From: Polyangiaceae bacterium
GTDB taxonomy: Bacteria > Myxococcota_A > Polyangia > Polyangiales > Polyangiaceae
Reading direction: 5' to 3'
Assembly: GCA_050287085.1 (NCBI GenBank)
Contig: JBNKBE010000008.1
Location: forward strand, 148,530-169,347
Length of the DNA: 20,818 nucleotides
Part shown: positions 7,840-16,356 of the stretch, piece by piece
Position numbering within the stretch: position 1 is the stretch's first letter
Layout of the letters: each line of letters opens with the position of its first letter
Translations under genes and position numbers: made by a program
Notes under the pieces: model-generated
What the model was told of the DNA's origin: nothing
Database searches by the model: none
The model's input: the letters and a program-made list of their open reading frames with translations, nothing else

Positions 7840-8784
7840 GTGCACAGCCGTCTTTTCACCCTGCTGGACACCACCGCGCCGAGTTATTTCGTCCTGATCT
7901 TGCTCGGCTTTGTCATGTCGACGGCGATGGGGGCGCTGTGGGCGCGGCGTGTGGGACAAGATCCGGACGTGATCGTGGATGCCGGTATCGTGGCCTTGCT
8001 CGCCGGGTTTGCGGGCGCCCGGGTGCTGCACATCTTTGCGGACGGCCACTTTCTTGACTACGTCCACGCGTGCACCGCGCCTGAACTCGTGGACTGGCAC
8101 ATCACCCGCGGGGAGTGCTTGAGCCCGGCGTACGACGGCGCGTGGGATGCGGCCAAGGGCGTCTGCCATCCGATCGAGAGCAATTGTTTTGCCTGGGCTC
8201 AGTTCTGGAACGGAGGCTACACCTTCTTCGGGGGCTTCATCGGGGCGACCGCCGCCCTTGGGTGGTTGTTTCGTCGCGACCGCTTCCCGTTCTGGAAAGC
8301 GATCGATATGGGGGGGATGATGGTGCCGATCGGCCTTGCGTTTGGACGCATGGGCTGTCTGCTAGCGGGCTGCTGTTTTGGGCTCCCGCTGGAGGGGCCC
8401 TTTGCTGTGAGCTTTCCGGCGCGGAGTCCAGCCAGCGAGTGGCAGGCGCGCGAGGGGCTGCTGCCCAGTCACTTGCATCCTTCCCTTCCTGTGCATCCTA
8501 CGCAGATCTACGAGTCCGGCGCGGCCCTGGCGATCGCGGCCGTCGCTATTCTCTACGTACACGGTCGCAAGCGCTACGACGGACAGGTGCTGGTCTTTTT
8601 CCTGATCAGCTATTCCATTGCGCGCTTCCTGATCGAGTTCTTGCGCAGTGACGATCGCGGCGGGGTGTTCGGGTTGAGCACGTCGCAGTGGATAGGCCTG
8701 GGGTTGATTGGATTTGCGCTTTGGGTGCGAGCGCGGGCGCGGCAGCGGGCCGCCCTTTCGCTTCAGGGGCACGCCCGCGCGTAG
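7840..8784 (+). CDS. lgt: Prolipoprotein diacylglyceryl transferase
   Basis: GTG start. Motifs PSYF, GARVLH, WNGGYTFFGG, FGRMGCLLAGCCFG, VHPTQIYE, RFLIEFLRSD, LSTSQWI. Directly downstream of lspA. Confidence 0.93.
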   Translation: MHSRLFTLLDTTAPSYFVLILLGFVMSTAMGALWARRVGQDPDVIVDAGIVALLAGFAGARVLHIFADGHFLDYVHACTAPELVDWHITRGECLSPAYDGAWDAAKGVCHPIESNCFAWAQFWNGGYTFFGGFIGATAALGWLFRRDRFPFWKAIDMGGMMVPIGLAFGRMGCLLAGCCFGLPLEGPFAVSFPARSPASEWQAREGLLPSHLHPSLPVHPTQIYESGAALAIAAVAILYVHGRKRYDGQVLVFFLISYSIARFLIEFLRSDDRGGVFGLSTSQWIGLGLIGFALWVRARARQRAALSLQGHARA

Positions 8785-8829
8785 TCGAAGAAATGGCCCC
8801 GCGTGGCCCGACGCGATAGGCTTTCTGTC

Positions 8830-9675
8830 ATGTGGAGATTTCGTGCCGGTCGCCTGGCGTGGGGCAGCGCTCGGGGCTTTCAGCTGGGCCTGCTGCCAGC
8901 TCTTCTCATTGCCTGTGGCGCGGTCGAAGCCGAGCGTGCGCCGATTCTTGATGACGAGTGTTTGAGTTGCTCAGATGGGGGACGGCCCGCCCTCGGCGGC
9001 CCGCGCGCATCGGGCGGCGGGCGCGCGGGGACTTCTGGCGCGGCAGGGGCGGGCGTCGACGCGGCAGATCCCGTGGGCAAACGAGAAGGACTTGTGCAGC
9101 GTATCAGCGGGACCACTTTTGAAGCACAAGGTGAGCTCAGCGGGGTCTCCGTGTTGTTGCGTTCTGAGACCACGGAGGCTGAATTCGAGCTCACGGGGGC
9201 GCGTTTTCGCATTCCGGACGAACCGTCGGAGGCTGTCATCAGCTGTCGTCCCCAGAGCGCTGACGACCTCGACCGCTATCTGCCAACCGTCCGCTCCGTC
9301 ACAGCCGACGACGTCGAGTTCACGCTCGGCTTGGTTGAGCGGGCTGACTTCGAGCAGCGGCTAGCGCAGTCGTTCCGCTCTGTGGTCCCCCAAACGACCC
9401 AGGCCGGCGCACAAGCATTTCTGCGCGTGACCCGCGACGGCCAACCCTTTCCGCAGGTGCGGATCGCGGGCGCGGGGGGCGTACCGGCCTACGACATCAA
9501 CGGCGTCTTTTCAGACACCGTCACCGAAACCGGTGCACAGGGGCTTGCGCTCATGGTCAATCTCGATCCCACGGGAGAAAGCGCGCTGACGGTCGAGCTA
9601 CCCGATGGCGAGTCGCACGACGTTGTGATCTACACGCGTGCGGGGCTGCTGACCCTCGTCGACCTCGAATTCTGA
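8830..9675 (+). CDS. Hypothetical lipoprotein
   Basis: Probable ATG at 8830 (ORF open from 8803). Basic N-terminus, hydrophobic stretch and lipobox LIA-C, then CLSC, a Gly/Ala linker and a beta-rich C-terminal region. Follows lgt on the same strand. Confidence 0.7.
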   Translation: MWRFRAGRLAWGSARGFQLGLLPALLIACGAVEAERAPILDDECLSCSDGGRPALGGPRASGGGRAGTSGAAGAGVDAADPVGKREGLVQRISGTTFEAQGELSGVSVLLRSETTEAEFELTGARFRIPDEPSEAVISCRPQSADDLDRYLPTVRSVTADDVEFTLGLVERADFEQRLAQSFRSVVPQTTQAGAQAFLRVTRDGQPFPQVRIAGAGGVPAYDINGVFSDTVTETGAQGLALMVNLDPTGESALTVELPDGESHDVVIYTRAGLLTLVDLEF

Positions 9676-9679
9676 AAAG

Positions 9680-10285
9680 CTAGGGGCGTCCGAAGCGCCG
9701 CCGCAATTGCTGAGCCAGCGCTTCGACCTGGCGCTGAAGGCTTTCTCGGTCGCCGCTTGCATCGAGCACGTAGTCTGCCCGGTCGCGTTTATCCGCGAGC
9801 GGCAGTTGGGCCCCAATCCGGGCTTCGGCTTCCGCGCGGGACCATCCGGAGCGTGCCATGGCGCGAGCTGTCTGAACGTCCTTGGGCACGTAGACGACGA
9901 TGACGGGGGAGTAGAGCGTCTCCAGGCTGCGTTCGTAGAGCAGTGGTACGTCGTAGAGTGCAAGGGGGTGGCCCTCCGCTTGTAGGCGGTCAAAGCGGCG
10001 CCTCGCTTCCGCGGCGATCAGAGGGTGAGTGATGCGTTCGAGTTCTTTTCGCGCCTGAGGGTCGGAAAAAACACGCCGGGCGAGTTCAGCGCGGTCTAGC
10101 TCCCCCGCAGGCGTCAGTACGTGGTCGAAGGCCGCGGCGATGGCGCGCCAACCGGGACTCCCTGGGGCCACCACTTGGCGCGCGATGGCATCCGCGTCGA
10201 CAACGGGCAGCCCGGCGGCCGCGAAGTGGCCTGCCGCGGTGCTCTTCCCCGATGCAACCCCGCCGGTGAGACCCACGATCTGCAT
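9680..10285 (-). CDS. coaE: Dephospho-CoA kinase
   Basis: From the ATG at 10285 (201 aa): IVGLTGGVASGKST (P-loop), VVDADAIAR, LDRAELARRVF, LERITHPLI, DVPLLYE, RIGAQLP. The ORF-track start at 10498 is an unlikely extension. Confidence 0.96.
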   Translation of the reverse strand: MQIVGLTGGVASGKSTAAGHFAAAGLPVVDADAIARQVVAPGSPGWRAIAAAFDHVLTPAGELDRAELARRVFSDPQARKELERITHPLIAAEARRRFDRLQAEGHPLALYDVPLLYERSLETLYSPVIVVYVPKDVQTARAMARSGWSRAEAEARIGAQLPLADKRDRADYVLDASGDRESLQRQVEALAQQLRRRFGRP

Positions 10286-10496
10286 GACCCGCAGCTTAGA
10301 CGAGTGACGCCGATCACCAAGCACCGTTTCCGATCCAGCCCCAGGGGCGCCGCCCAGGGGCCCCCGCCCAGGGGCCGTGCTGGGGAGGACCCCAAAGCGC
10401 TCAGAGTGAGCCAGCTCGCTCCCCGCATCCCGGAGCAAAACTTGGCGCCACCGCGGGCCCCTTGCAAAGTCGCGCCCGTCAAGCGAGGTTGCCGCC

Positions 10497-11540
10497 ATGC
10501 GTTGGGCTGTCCTGATCGCCAGTTGGCTATTGACCCCTGCGGCCTGGGCGTTTGACTTCCCTTGTACGGAGCAGTCGGCCCGCTGGCAGTTTCATACCGC
10601 GATGCCGCTCGCGGGTCCGCCGGTGGTGGTGTCTCCGGCCTCGGGCCAAGCTCGTGTTGTGCTGGCGTCGCACGAGGGTTATGTGCACGCGCTGAGCGCC
10701 GAGGGGCGCTTTCTCTGGAGCTACACCGTGCGGGGCGCGATCGTCTCGCCGCCCAGCGTGGGCGAAGGTGGGCAGGTGTGGGTCGCCACAACGCAGGGAT
10801 ACCTGTATGCGTTTCGCGGCGACGGCGGCGTCAACTGGCGCTTCCGGAGCGCCTTCGAGCCGAGCGCTGCCCTGGCCCCTTCAGCGGGTGGCATGGTGTT
10901 TTTTCCCAGCGGACGACGGCTCTACGCGGCGTCGATCGGAGGCGGCTTGTTGTGGAGCGTGCCGCTTGGGGGAGGCCTGGCAGACGGCCCTCACGTGGGA
11001 CGTGATGGCGCCGCCTGGCTGCTGACCCAAGAGGGCGCATTGCTGCGCGTGCTGCGCGCTTCAGCTCTGCGGCGAGCTGAGACCGGGCAAGAAGGCCCAG
11101 GCCAGCTGGTGCTCACGGCCGGTGGGGCGGCGCTGCTCCAGGGAGGGCGCATCCAAGCGTACGACTCGAGCGGGGCGCGTTTGTGGGAGCAGTCGGGGGC
11201 GGGGTTGCTCGGGGCCGACCCCCTGGAGCCGGAACGACCTTGGGTGCTTGCCACAGCGGAAGGGCTCCACTGGTTACGGCCCGAGAGTGGGGAGGTGCGT
11301 GACGTGACAGCCTTTGAGGCGCGTGTGAGCGCAGCACCCCTGGTTCGCGGAGGATGGGCGCTTGTCCCGGATGCCCGCGGCTTGCTGTGGGTGGTGGGGG
11401 CGGGGGGCGTCAAGCGCTGCGAGATCGCGTCGGCGCCGCTTCTGACCCCGGTCCTTGACGCAGCTCGCCAGCAGGTGATCATCGCCGCCGGCGACGGCAC
11501 CGTGCGAGCGTTTCGCTGGCCACCGGGACCGGAGTCATGA
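10497..11540 (+). CDS. Secreted PQQ-like (BamB-type repeat) beta-propeller protein
   Basis: Signal peptide MRWAVLIASWLLTPAAWA. Repeated blades of the form G..Y/H-A-L/F...G...W (EGYVHALSAEGRFLW, QGYLYAFRGDGGVNW, GRIQAYDSSGARLW). Confidence 0.8.
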   Translation: MRWAVLIASWLLTPAAWAFDFPCTEQSARWQFHTAMPLAGPPVVVSPASGQARVVLASHEGYVHALSAEGRFLWSYTVRGAIVSPPSVGEGGQVWVATTQGYLYAFRGDGGVNWRFRSAFEPSAALAPSAGGMVFFPSGRRLYAASIGGGLLWSVPLGGGLADGPHVGRDGAAWLLTQEGALLRVLRASALRRAETGQEGPGQLVLTAGGAALLQGGRIQAYDSSGARLWEQSGAGLLGADPLEPERPWVLATAEGLHWLRPESGEVRDVTAFEARVSAAPLVRGGWALVPDARGLLWVVGAGGVKRCEIASAPLLTPVLDAARQQVIIAAGDGTVRAFRWPPGPES

Positions 11541-12787
11541 GACTCAAACAGCGCCTGTCGCGCCTGCCGCCCTCTCCCAGCAGCGGTTCCCGCGCGCCTT
11601 CGCTCGACACCTTGCGTTCGCACCTGGACGAAGCGCTAGCGCCTTCCGCGACCGGAGCTAGCGCCGACCCTCCCGAAGCGCTCGCCGCGCCGCCGGCATG
11701 GCAAGCGCTGGGCTTTGTTCCCGCTCGAGACGAGCACAGCTATCTGCGTCGGGAAGTGGTTGTAACCGAACGCTGCGTGGGGCGCGTGCGGGTGGCGTCT
11801 TCGCTCGGCGCGGCGCCGCGACTGCTCTCGCTCTTGGCCGTGGATCCGGCCGTTGCGGCATATATCCCCGAAAACACGCTGCTCTTGGATACCGAAACCA
11901 CGGGGCTAGGCGGCGGCGCCGGGACCTACGCGTTCCTGCTGGGGCTCGGCCGATATCGCGGGCAGGAGTTGCGCTTGCAGCAGTGGTTCTTGCCAGGGCC
12001 GGAGCATGAACGCGACTTGCTCGTCGACCTGGCCGCGGCGCTCGAGACGATCGATACGGTGGTGACGTTCAACGGCAAATCCTACGACTGGCCGCTGCTG
12101 GAGAACCGCTTCGTACTCAATCGATTGCCGGTGCCGAAGCGCCGGGCCCACCTGGACCTGTTGCACGTGGCCCGGCGTGTTCATCGGACGCGACTGCAGC
12201 GCACTTCGCTCCAGCATCTGGAGCGAGATATTCTGGGGTTCGAGCGCCAAGGTGATGTTCCCGGGGCCGAGGTCGCGGGTCGCTACGCTCATTACTTGCG
12301 CACCGGCGACCACAGCGGGCTCGTAGACGTTGCCATTCACAACGAATGGGACGTCTTGACGATGATGGCGCTCATCGGGCTTTATGGTCACCCGGGGCCC
12401 GACCCGCGGAGTTTGCTGACCGGCGCTGACTGGGTCGACACAGCCCGTACCTTCCGACGCGCCCGCGGCTACGACGAGGCATTGTCCGCGGCTGAGCAAG
12501 CCGCGTCGCGAGGTGCAGCGGCCGCGTCCGCCCACGTGCGGGGCGAGGTGCATAAGGCGCTCGGCGAACGCGATCAGGCCTTGGCGGCATTTCGCGCCGC
12601 CGCGCAAGACGAGGCGTCCGCGAGCTCGCGCCTAGAACTCGCCAAACTCTATGAACACCACCTTCGCGATCCCGCTCAGGCGCTGCTCTGGACCCAGCGC
12701 GGGACCGGCGAGACGCCGCAAGCCGAGGCGCGTCGCGAAGGACGCTTGCGGCGCAAGCTTGCGGCCCGTAAACCGCAGCCGCGTTAG
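11537..12787 (+). CDS. MrfB/YprB-like DEDDh (RNase H-like) exonuclease with C-terminal TPR-like helices
   Basis: LDTETTGL (ExoI D/E), VTFNGKSYDWP (ExoII), HLDLLH, HNEWDV (ExoIII H..D), and C-terminal LELAKLYEHHLRDPAQAL. Start overlaps the upstream stop (ATGA). Confidence 0.87.
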   Translation: MRLKQRLSRLPPSPSSGSRAPSLDTLRSHLDEALAPSATGASADPPEALAAPPAWQALGFVPARDEHSYLRREVVVTERCVGRVRVASSLGAAPRLLSLLAVDPAVAAYIPENTLLLDTETTGLGGGAGTYAFLLGLGRYRGQELRLQQWFLPGPEHERDLLVDLAAALETIDTVVTFNGKSYDWPLLENRFVLNRLPVPKRRAHLDLLHVARRVHRTRLQRTSLQHLERDILGFERQGDVPGAEVAGRYAHYLRTGDHSGLVDVAIHNEWDVLTMMALIGLYGHPGPDPRSLLTGADWVDTARTFRRARGYDEALSAAEQAASRGAAAASAHVRGEVHKALGERDQALAAFRAAAQDEASASSRLELAKLYEHHLRDPAQALLWTQRGTGETPQAEARREGRLRRKLAARKPQPR

Positions 12788-12926
12788 ACGTCCCAGCGCG
12801 CGAGGGCGGCTGCCCACGCCGCGGCTGGTGGGGGGGCAGCGCATGTTCCCGAGGCGACTTGGGCCGAAGTTCGGGCGTTCCGCTCGAAGGGTGTGGACAC
12901 TGGGAAAGATCTGCTAAACGGGCGCC

Positions 12927-15587
12927 ATGGCCTACGACCATCAGTCGATCGAGCAGAAATGGCAGGCATATTGGGAGCGCGAGCAGACGTTTCGGGCGGA
13001 GCGGCACCCGGATCGCCCGAAGTACTTCGTGCTCGACATGTTTCCCTATCCCTCGGGACAAGGGCTGCACGTCGGGCATCCGGTGGGATATACCGCTTCC
13101 GACATCGTGGCGCGCTACAAGCGGATGCGTGGCTTCGACGTGTTGCATCCGATGGGGTGGGATGCCTTTGGGCTGCCCGCGGAGCAACACGCGATCAAGA
13201 CCGGAACACATCCCAAGGAAACGACGCTCAGCAACATTGCTACCTTCAAGCGACAGCTGAAGAGCTTGGGGTTTTCCTTTGACTGGTCCCGCGAGATCAA
13301 TACGACCGACCCGGAGTATTTTCGCTGCACCCAGTGGATCTTCCTGCAGCTATTCAAGCGGGGACTCGCCTTTCAGAGCAGCATTCCGGTCAACTGGTGC
13401 CCGGCGCTGGGTACGGTCCTGGCCAACGAAGAGGTTCAAGACGGCGTCAGCGAAGTCGGCAAGCACCCCGTCGTGCGTCAGCCGCTACGGCAATGGCAGC
13501 TGAAGATCACGGAGTACGCCGATCGCTTGGCTCTCGACTTGGAAGGGCTTGATTGGCCTGAAACACGGGAGAAGCAGCGCGACTGGATCGGACGCAGCGA
13601 AGGCGCAGAGATCGACTTCCGCGTCCAGGGCTCGGAGCACTCGCTCCGTGTCTACACCACGCGCCCGGACACGCTCTACGGCGCCACCTACCTGGTGATG
13701 GCGCCCGATCACCCCTTAGCGCTGGAGATCTGCGCGGCCGCGCAGCGCCCTGCGCTCGAGGCCTATCGCGAGGAAGCCGCGCGCAAGAGCGACTTGGAGC
13801 GGACGGCGGCGACCAAAGATAAAACGGGCGTATCTACCGGCGCCTACGCCATCCACCCGCTGACGGGGGATGCGATTCCGATCTACAGCGCGGACTACGT
13901 GCTGGGGGCCTATGGGACGGGCGCCATCATGGCCGTTCCGGCCCACGACAGCCGCGACTTCGACTTCGCCAGGGCCCATGACTTGCCGATCGTCGAGGTT
14001 GTGTCCCCGGATGGGACGGAACACGACGCGCTCGACGAGGCCTATACCGAATCCGGTATTGCCGTTCGCTCGGGTGTGTTTACCGGTTTGCCTACGGCCG
14101 AGATGCAAGCGCGGATCATCGCGCATCTGGAGGAACTTGGCGCGGGCCACCGCCAAGTTAACTACAAGCTGCGCGATTGGGTCTTCAGCCGCCAGCGCTA
14201 CTGGGGTGAACCCATTCCGATCTACTTCCCGGTGGAAACGGACGGCGATCCACGCACGGGCGCCCCGTATACCATCGACTACGAAACCCCCCTGGCCCTC
14301 GACGAAGACGAACTGCCCCTGGTGTTGCCGGAGCTGACCGACTTCCGCCCCAGCGACGATCCGCAGGGGCCCCTGGCTCGGGTGCTCGATTGGCGCTTCT
14401 TTCAGCGTGAGGGCAAGTGGTTTGCCCGTGAGACGAACACCATGCCGCAGTGGGCCGGGTCGTGCTGGTACTACCTACGCTACCTCGACCCCCATAATCC
14501 AAAGGAGCTGTGCTCAAAGGAGGCCTACGACGCCTGGATGCCGGTGGACCTCTACGTCGGAGGCGCTGAGCACGCCGTATTGCATCTGCTCTACGCGCGC
14601 TTCTGGCACAAGGTGCTCTTTGACTTGGGGGTGGTGAGCGACAAGGAGCCGTTTCGCAAGTTGGTGCATCAGGGACACCTGCTGGGACAGTCCTTCTGCT
14701 ACTACATGGTGGTCGAGACGCAGGGCGACCAGCGGGTCGACGTGCGGGCTCTGCCCGGACACCACCCGGTGCGCAGCGGCTCCGAGAAGGGAACTTGGGT
14801 CACAGCGGACACCGGCGAACGGGTGGAGCGGCGCTTCTTGAATCAGGGTATCGAGTGGCGTGAGAGCAAGCCCTACCATCCGGAGTATGGCGTGTTGCTG
14901 GACGTCATCGCTGAGAAGATGAGCAAGTCCCGCGGCAACGTCGTCAACCCGGACGACGTCGTCCGAGAGCAAGGGGCGGATGCCCTGCGCGTCTACGAGA
15001 TGTTCTTGGGTCCTTTGGAGCGCACGAAGCCCTGGCAAAGCCAGGGTATCGTGGGCGTGCGGACCTTCCTCGACAAGGTCGTTGCAGCGGTTTCGCGCCA
15101 CAACCCGGGCGCCCCCCTGGATGAGGAGAGCGCGCGTCAGATGCATCGCACGACCAAGAAGTGCACCGAGGATATCGAAGGGTTGCGCTTCAACACCGCG
15201 ATCAGTCAGCTCATGATCTTCACGAATCACTTATTGACCCTGGAGGCGATAGCCACCGAGCCGCTGGAGCGTTTGGTCTTATGCCTCGCGCCGCTGGCTC
15301 CGCACCTCGGCGAGGAGTTGTGGGAACAACTGGGGCATTCGTCGAGCGTGGCGATGGCAGCCTGGCCCGCTTACGACGAGGCGATGTGCGTGGACGCGGT
15401 CGTGACGGTCCCGGTGCAGCTCAACGGCAAGGTGCGCGGTCGGGTCGTTCTGCCCGCGGACGCCGGTGAAGAAGAGGCCAAGGCTGCGGCCGAGGCGGAT
15501 CCAAAGCTCAGCGAGCAACTAGCCGGAAAGACGATCCGAAAAGTCGTCTACGTCCCGGGGCGGATTCTCAACCTGATCGTCAGCTAA
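12927..15587 (+). CDS. leuS: Leucine--tRNA ligase
   Basis: MFPYPSG.GLHVGH (HIGH motif), MGWDAFGLPAE, CP1 editing motifs TTRPDT and GTGAIMAVPAHDSRD, SRQRYWGEPIP, GGAEHAVLHLLYARF, KMSKS, and C-terminal VQLNGKVR...YVPGRILNLIV. Confidence 0.99.
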   Translation: MAYDHQSIEQKWQAYWEREQTFRAERHPDRPKYFVLDMFPYPSGQGLHVGHPVGYTASDIVARYKRMRGFDVLHPMGWDAFGLPAEQHAIKTGTHPKETTLSNIATFKRQLKSLGFSFDWSREINTTDPEYFRCTQWIFLQLFKRGLAFQSSIPVNWCPALGTVLANEEVQDGVSEVGKHPVVRQPLRQWQLKITEYADRLALDLEGLDWPETREKQRDWIGRSEGAEIDFRVQGSEHSLRVYTTRPDTLYGATYLVMAPDHPLALEICAAAQRPALEAYREEAARKSDLERTAATKDKTGVSTGAYAIHPLTGDAIPIYSADYVLGAYGTGAIMAVPAHDSRDFDFARAHDLPIVEVVSPDGTEHDALDEAYTESGIAVRSGVFTGLPTAEMQARIIAHLEELGAGHRQVNYKLRDWVFSRQRYWGEPIPIYFPVETDGDPRTGAPYTIDYETPLALDEDELPLVLPELTDFRPSDDPQGPLARVLDWRFFQREGKWFARETNTMPQWAGSCWYYLRYLDPHNPKELCSKEAYDAWMPVDLYVGGAEHAVLHLLYARFWHKVLFDLGVVSDKEPFRKLVHQGHLLGQSFCYYMVVETQGDQRVDVRALPGHHPVRSGSEKGTWVTADTGERVERRFLNQGIEWRESKPYHPEYGVLLDVIAEKMSKSRGNVVNPDDVVREQGADALRVYEMFLGPLERTKPWQSQGIVGVRTFLDKVVAAVSRHNPGAPLDEESARQMHRTTKKCTEDIEGLRFNTAISQLMIFTNHLLTLEAIATEPLERLVLCLAPLAPHLGEELWEQLGHSSSVAMAAWPAYDEAMCVDAVVTVPVQLNGKVRGRVVLPADAGEEEAKAAAEADPKLSEQLAGKTIRKVVYVPGRILNLIVS

Positions 15588-15624
15588 CGGTCGGTGAGCC
15601 GGACGCATTTGCTGCGGGCACCGC

Positions 15625-15644
15625 TGCGCCGCCGCGGCGGCGCA
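15625..15644. terminator. Perfect 20-bp GC palindrome downstream of leuS (possible terminator or stabilising hairpin)
   Basis: TGCGCCGCCGCGGCGGCGCA is its own reverse complement and lies 37 nt after the leuS stop. No U-tract follows. Confidence 0.45.
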
Positions 15645-15672
15645 ATCAACTGTGATACCGTGTCACGGAATC

Positions 15673-16326
15673 ATGATCACGGTCGGATGTGCTGGGTTCG
15701 CGGTCCCCGCGACACGCTATTTCAAGGAGTATGACTTCGTCGAGGTCCAGGAAACCCACCGCGCGGTGCCTGGTCCAGGAACGACGCGTCGTTGGCGTCG
15801 CGAGGCGCCCGAAGGCTTCAAATTCGGGCTCCTCGCTCCGCGCGAAATCGGGCAGGAGAACTTCCGCCCAGGCGAAGTCGTGGACAAGGCGCTTCACACG
15901 CTGACAGACGTCGCTGAAAAGCTCGACGCACGGCTTGCGGTATTTCACGCCGGCAGTGATTTCTCGAGCAACAAGACGAATAGAGGCGCGCTCAAGGACT
16001 TTCTCCAGCTCGCCAAACAGCGCTTTGAAACCGTGGTGTTTGATGCCGGAACGCAGTGGGCGCCGGACGAAGCGGATCAGCTGGCGGAGGAAACCGACAC
16101 GATTGCGGCGCGCGATCCGCTGGCGAGGGGGCTCTCCAGTCGCTCCGTCGCGTACTACCGTTTGCCGGGTCCCGCTGGGCACAAGTCGCGTTACGAAGAT
16201 CCAGCCATCGAGGCCCTGGCGGAACTGGCCTCCCAGGCGCCCGAGCAGCGGGCTCATTACATCTTCACCAACGTGGACATGTTCGCTGACGGCAAGCGCC
16301 TGAAGAAGGCTCTCAAACTCGAATAG
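15673..16326 (+). CDS. DUF72-family (YecE/YunF-like TIM-barrel) protein
   Basis: From the ATG at 15673: ITVGCAGF, YFKEYDFVEVQETH...TTRRWRREAPEGFKF, VAYYRLPG, YIFTNVDMFADG. This is the DUF72 motif order, in a divergent form. Confidence 0.78.
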   Translation: MITVGCAGFAVPATRYFKEYDFVEVQETHRAVPGPGTTRRWRREAPEGFKFGLLAPREIGQENFRPGEVVDKALHTLTDVAEKLDARLAVFHAGSDFSSNKTNRGALKDFLQLAKQRFETVVFDAGTQWAPDEADQLAEETDTIAARDPLARGLSSRSVAYYRLPGPAGHKSRYEDPAIEALAELASQAPEQRAHYIFTNVDMFADGKRLKKALKLE

Positions 16327-16356
16327 TTGCTTGGGTTGTCCGCGGACCCCAAGCAA
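16327..16356. terminator. Hairpin between the convergent DUF72 and lipoprotein genes (putative terminator)
   Basis: TTGCTTGGG...CCCAAGCAA 9-bp arms enclosing an inner GTCC-GC-GGAC dyad, immediately after the DUF72 stop codon. Confidence 0.6.

Noticed and set aside
10286..10498. 71-aa N-terminal extension of CoaE, and similar extensions on CyaY, the kinase and the desulfurase in the ORF track
   Set aside because: These are low-complexity, non-homologous sequences upstream of the family-typical starts, and several overlap neighbouring genes. They are expected open-frame run-ons in high-GC DNA.
12788..12926. T-box riboswitch or attenuator upstream of leuS
   Set aside because: The region is only 139 nt, with no recognisable T-box motif or terminator. 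A promoter-like element sits right before the ATG.
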